Assembly (NCBI GenBank): GCA_030141605.1 | Contig: JAQGDQ010000186.1 | Coordinates: 248,001-312,000, forward strand | DNA: 64,000 nucleotides | Reading direction: 5' to 3' | Source: Tubiluchus corallicola | Lineage: Eukaryota; Animalia; Priapulida | Shown: in pieces, positions 60,546 through 64,000 of the stretch | Position numbering within the stretch: the first letter of the stretch is position 1 | How the letters are laid out: each line of letters starts with the position of its first letter | Program-made: the position numbers and the translations under genes | Notes under the pieces: generated by a model | The model's input: the letters and a program-made list of their open reading frames with translations, nothing else | Database searches by the model: none | Told to the model about the DNA's origin: nothing

Positions 60546-62145
60546 ATGTCTTGGCAATCGTTTTTAGAGTTTAATTAAGTTTCTGAAGCTTTTTTACGTT
60601 TTCATATCTTATTCCTTTTTGTTCTCATATACAACTAATGTTAATACTACATAACACATTTGTTATAAGTACGAGTAAAAAATTGTGTTTAATTGCATAA
60701 ACTTTTGTGTATTTATCACAGGTCGGCAAAAGTGACAAATTGCGTCTGGGAGATGTTCGTTACGTCACCTTTACAGTGAAACTGTTTTGTGATTTATGAC
60801 ATTGTTTTGATTATTAAAATACTCTTGCTATACTAATAATTTACTGACTCATTTACTGAATTTAGTGAGAGTAAGTTTATAGTTATTTAGGTAACTTCAG
60901 ATGAAGGCGGGCAATTATGTATATAGAATCTAAAAATGATAATCATAATCTAAAAAAAAATCATAAAATATTATAATAGTAAACTGCATCAAGAGATAGG
61001 GCTTCCAAATGTCTTGTAACAGTTGCTAGGCAACAAGCAATTTGACATAAAATGCTTTTCTAGTACTTTTCTAAAAACGTTTTGTCTTTTACTTCCAACA
61101 CAAATGTTCCTTGCCAATTTTAATCACTCCAAAAACAAGTCTTGTTGGAAAATTATTGTTTTCAGCGAATACTAATCACCAAGTAACTGATTGCCACCAT
61201 CATCAAGAACTAGAGCAACTGAGAAATGTTTTTCTCACGCTATTGTTTTGAAACTTGACGTCCGCCAATGACAACGTAGGTATTACAGCGCATTCAGATG
61301 GTACAAATGTGAGCTTTTTGGTTGTTAGGTAGAAACATTATCATTCCCTCAGCTAACAAACGAATGTAGGCCTAGAGAATGTGTAGGAAATAAATTGCAG
61401 TATCTTATTGCAGTGCTCCTGTGTAACGCTATTTGATTGTCTATATAAACCCCTTGGGCAAAATTTAGAGACCCCTCACGATAGTTAGTGGTAAATCTTA
61501 ATTAGTATCATTGAAATATTTCTGAAGTACACCTACTACATTTCAGTCACAGTCCATATTTTCTCAATTTTTAGTCAACTTTCTAATGACACCTAGTCTA
61601 GCAGCAATTTTAATAAGGCTTGCAACGGTACCTTTCTCTTTAGAAATTTAATTAATCAAAAGTATAAATAATAAGATGAACGATGGTATAAACTTAATCA
61701 ATAATATATGTCGAGGTGCATCAACAATATAATATTTAAGCAAAGGACAAACACGTTAGATTAAACTTGAACTACAAACTTTGTCACTTTAATACGCAAT
61801 ATCGTGAGTTTTAATGATGTGTCACACCATATCTGTGTTATGCGTAAAACGGTACCAATTTTATTGAACTCGGGTTACTTGAGTTCTACTGCAATCACCA
61901 ACCTCGTCTATAGATGTAACTTGCCCGTGAACAAGGTTTAAGGCTGTCTGCAAACACAATTATTCACTATTAAAAATGTCGGCCATAGTAAAGCTATATG
62001 GATTGAATTACACTACTTGCAGACATGTTTGCTAGAGAACCTGTACTATGCTGCAAAAAATGCTGTCATTAGGTTGACGAACTTACAAAAAATAGTAGTG
62101 TTTGCTTAATATTTCTGACATTTTATGCTAAGAATACCGTTTTAC

Positions 62146-62278
62146 CTTTGATGTTGGATTAGTGCCAGTGGATGCATTGACAATGGCAGCAGTAGAATGA
62201 ATTCTTAAACTATGTTGACCCCACCGAACGCATTCTGATTCAATAATGAGTTGCAGCAGTGCATTTGATATTGTGTAC
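62146..62278 (-). CDS. Candidate further upstream chitin synthase exon (xYTISNALLQLIIESECVRWGQHSLRIHSTAAIVNASTGTNPTSK)
   Basis: gtag| acceptor, AAG|GTAAAA donor; the only stop-free frame ends in phase 0, matching the phase-0 acceptor at 56073. No recognisable domain. Confidence 0.45.
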
Positions 62279-64000
62279 CTACATCTAGTGCGTAATAAGG
62301 GGTTATACTTAAACTCATGCGTGTGATACTCGCAAATTTTCTAATTGATGTTTTTAATAAAGTTGACACGGTTGTGTAATTGGGCGTTGCGACATTTACC
62401 CCAGTTGATATTACAAGCATTACAAGTGAATTATAAGAAATAATAAGAATTCATTAACTAGTTGGCCTTAAATTTATGAAATAACGGCAAGGTATTAAGA
62501 AGATTGGGTCAAGCAATTTAATTCAAATATATGGAACTGTTTACTTGCAGACAAAAATTAATATAAAAACGGCACCAGAAGTTTGCTAATCACCAAGGAG
62601 AACCTTCTAAAGATGAGTAACCAAATCAACAGAGGGCTTTAGTTACTTTCGAATGCGTATACATCCTTTCTCAGATGTTCGGAGACAAGGTGGAAGAAAC
62701 AACTAAGAATTAATTTTTCTGGGGATCATCCACACATTTACTAACCAGTCGCGGCATTATTTAGCTTCGGTCGCTAACTATACACAATATGACAACTCGC
62801 CCACTTCCTCAGACACTTAAAACAATAGGACCGTCTGTTTTCTTTGGATTAAATGGTTTCTCTGATATTTTACTTATTGTGAATGTATGTCAGCAGGCGT
62901 TTTATGCATGAAACACACAAAACTTTTATTGACTAATGCATGAAACACGCAAAACGTTTACTGACTATTGACATTAAAACATTCAAACAATAGACTATGT
63001 ACTACCCGTAATAAGATTTGAACATACAGGTCTGTATGACTCCTGCATGATTTATTCTGAAGTGAATAGAAGTCTTTTTATACGGACAAATAAAAAACGC
63101 CTACAGGTCTATATAAGCGATGTTGCATTATTCGTAATTTAATTATTCCCTTTGCATAGCCTTTAAGCTTTGCTCCACTGCACCAGATGATAAAACATCT
63201 ATCATCCTCATAGAAAAATCTGTGTTAGCTGACCTTCGGACACCGGAAACTTGGACAATAATGCCATAATCACTACATACTTTACATTAAAGGCAAGCAG
63301 GCGCTTGTTAATTACGTAGTATAGCCTGTAAGATGATACAAAAACATTGGGTTTTGTTGTCATTACTGTAGAATTTGTAATGGAATTAATAAACCTTCAT
63401 AATTCACAGTGGTTATAAATGACTAGAATATCTTGTAAAATGAAGTTTCAAAAACGATTATGAGAATTTGACAAGCAAAAATCACTTAATATAGCAGCCA
63501 CGCGTGGCGTTTGGGCTATGGTATTCGATCTGATTGAACCTAATAACTGTGTCCGATAAATGATCAATACTATAAATTGACAATTCCGCAAAAATCTTTC
63601 GTAGAACTCCACAAATTAAAGAGAATGAAAATTATATTTCTAATTTTGCAACAAGTAGGTAGTTTGCTGAACAAATGATTTGGTTTTATGTAATACTGCT
63701 TGAAAGGAACGTGGTAAACACAAAATAATTTCAGGTTCGTAGCCAGAGTCGCTAGCCGTACTTTTCAGACTTAACACGGTCGTACGGAAATGAGCTCAAT
63801 TCATGTTTCAGCGAGCTTTTTGATAATATTTGTGATTGTTATTCTTCCAAAATGGTGATGTTAGTGGTATTAATATCTATTATTGTCGGCGTTATTTACA
63901 GCAAAGGAATAGCTGAGTGGTTTATGTGAATATGGTGTCTGTTTATAGCGACCACATTTGTTCAGTAAATAAATATGTAGATTACCGCCGGGAAAACGTT

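Overview
AT-rich, intron-containing animal (invertebrate) genomic DNA, not prokaryotic. Most ORF-track entries are exon fragments or microsatellite artefacts. I reconstructed five spliced genes by hand from GT-AG junctions and phase continuity. (1) MBOAT7/LPIAT1 on + (7 coding exons, 2610-11522, 458 aa). (2, 3) Two tandem paralogous minus-strand genes (11966-19460, 421 aa; 21987-27448, 410 aa), each encoding a signal peptide plus TWO SOUL/heme-binding-like domains with 8 conserved Cys and identical intron phases. (4) A GPI-anchored Ly6/three-finger protein resembling Drosophila Coiled (33804-36028, 146 aa). (5) A large metazoan chitin synthase (19 in-frame exons, 38765-56073, about 1730 codons) with an extra 176-codon Pro/Ser-rich N-terminal exon carrying KRAP-like SH3-ligand motifs; the gene probably continues upstream (candidate exon 62146-62278). 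Non-genic features are decayed LINE fragments, several MITEs, SINE relics, microsatellites and a near-perfect 409-bp inverted repeat built from a rearranged dead LINE. The most interesting items are the secreted double-SOUL pair, the chitin synthase N-terminal extension and the long hairpin. All identifications come from motif recognition; no database searches were run.
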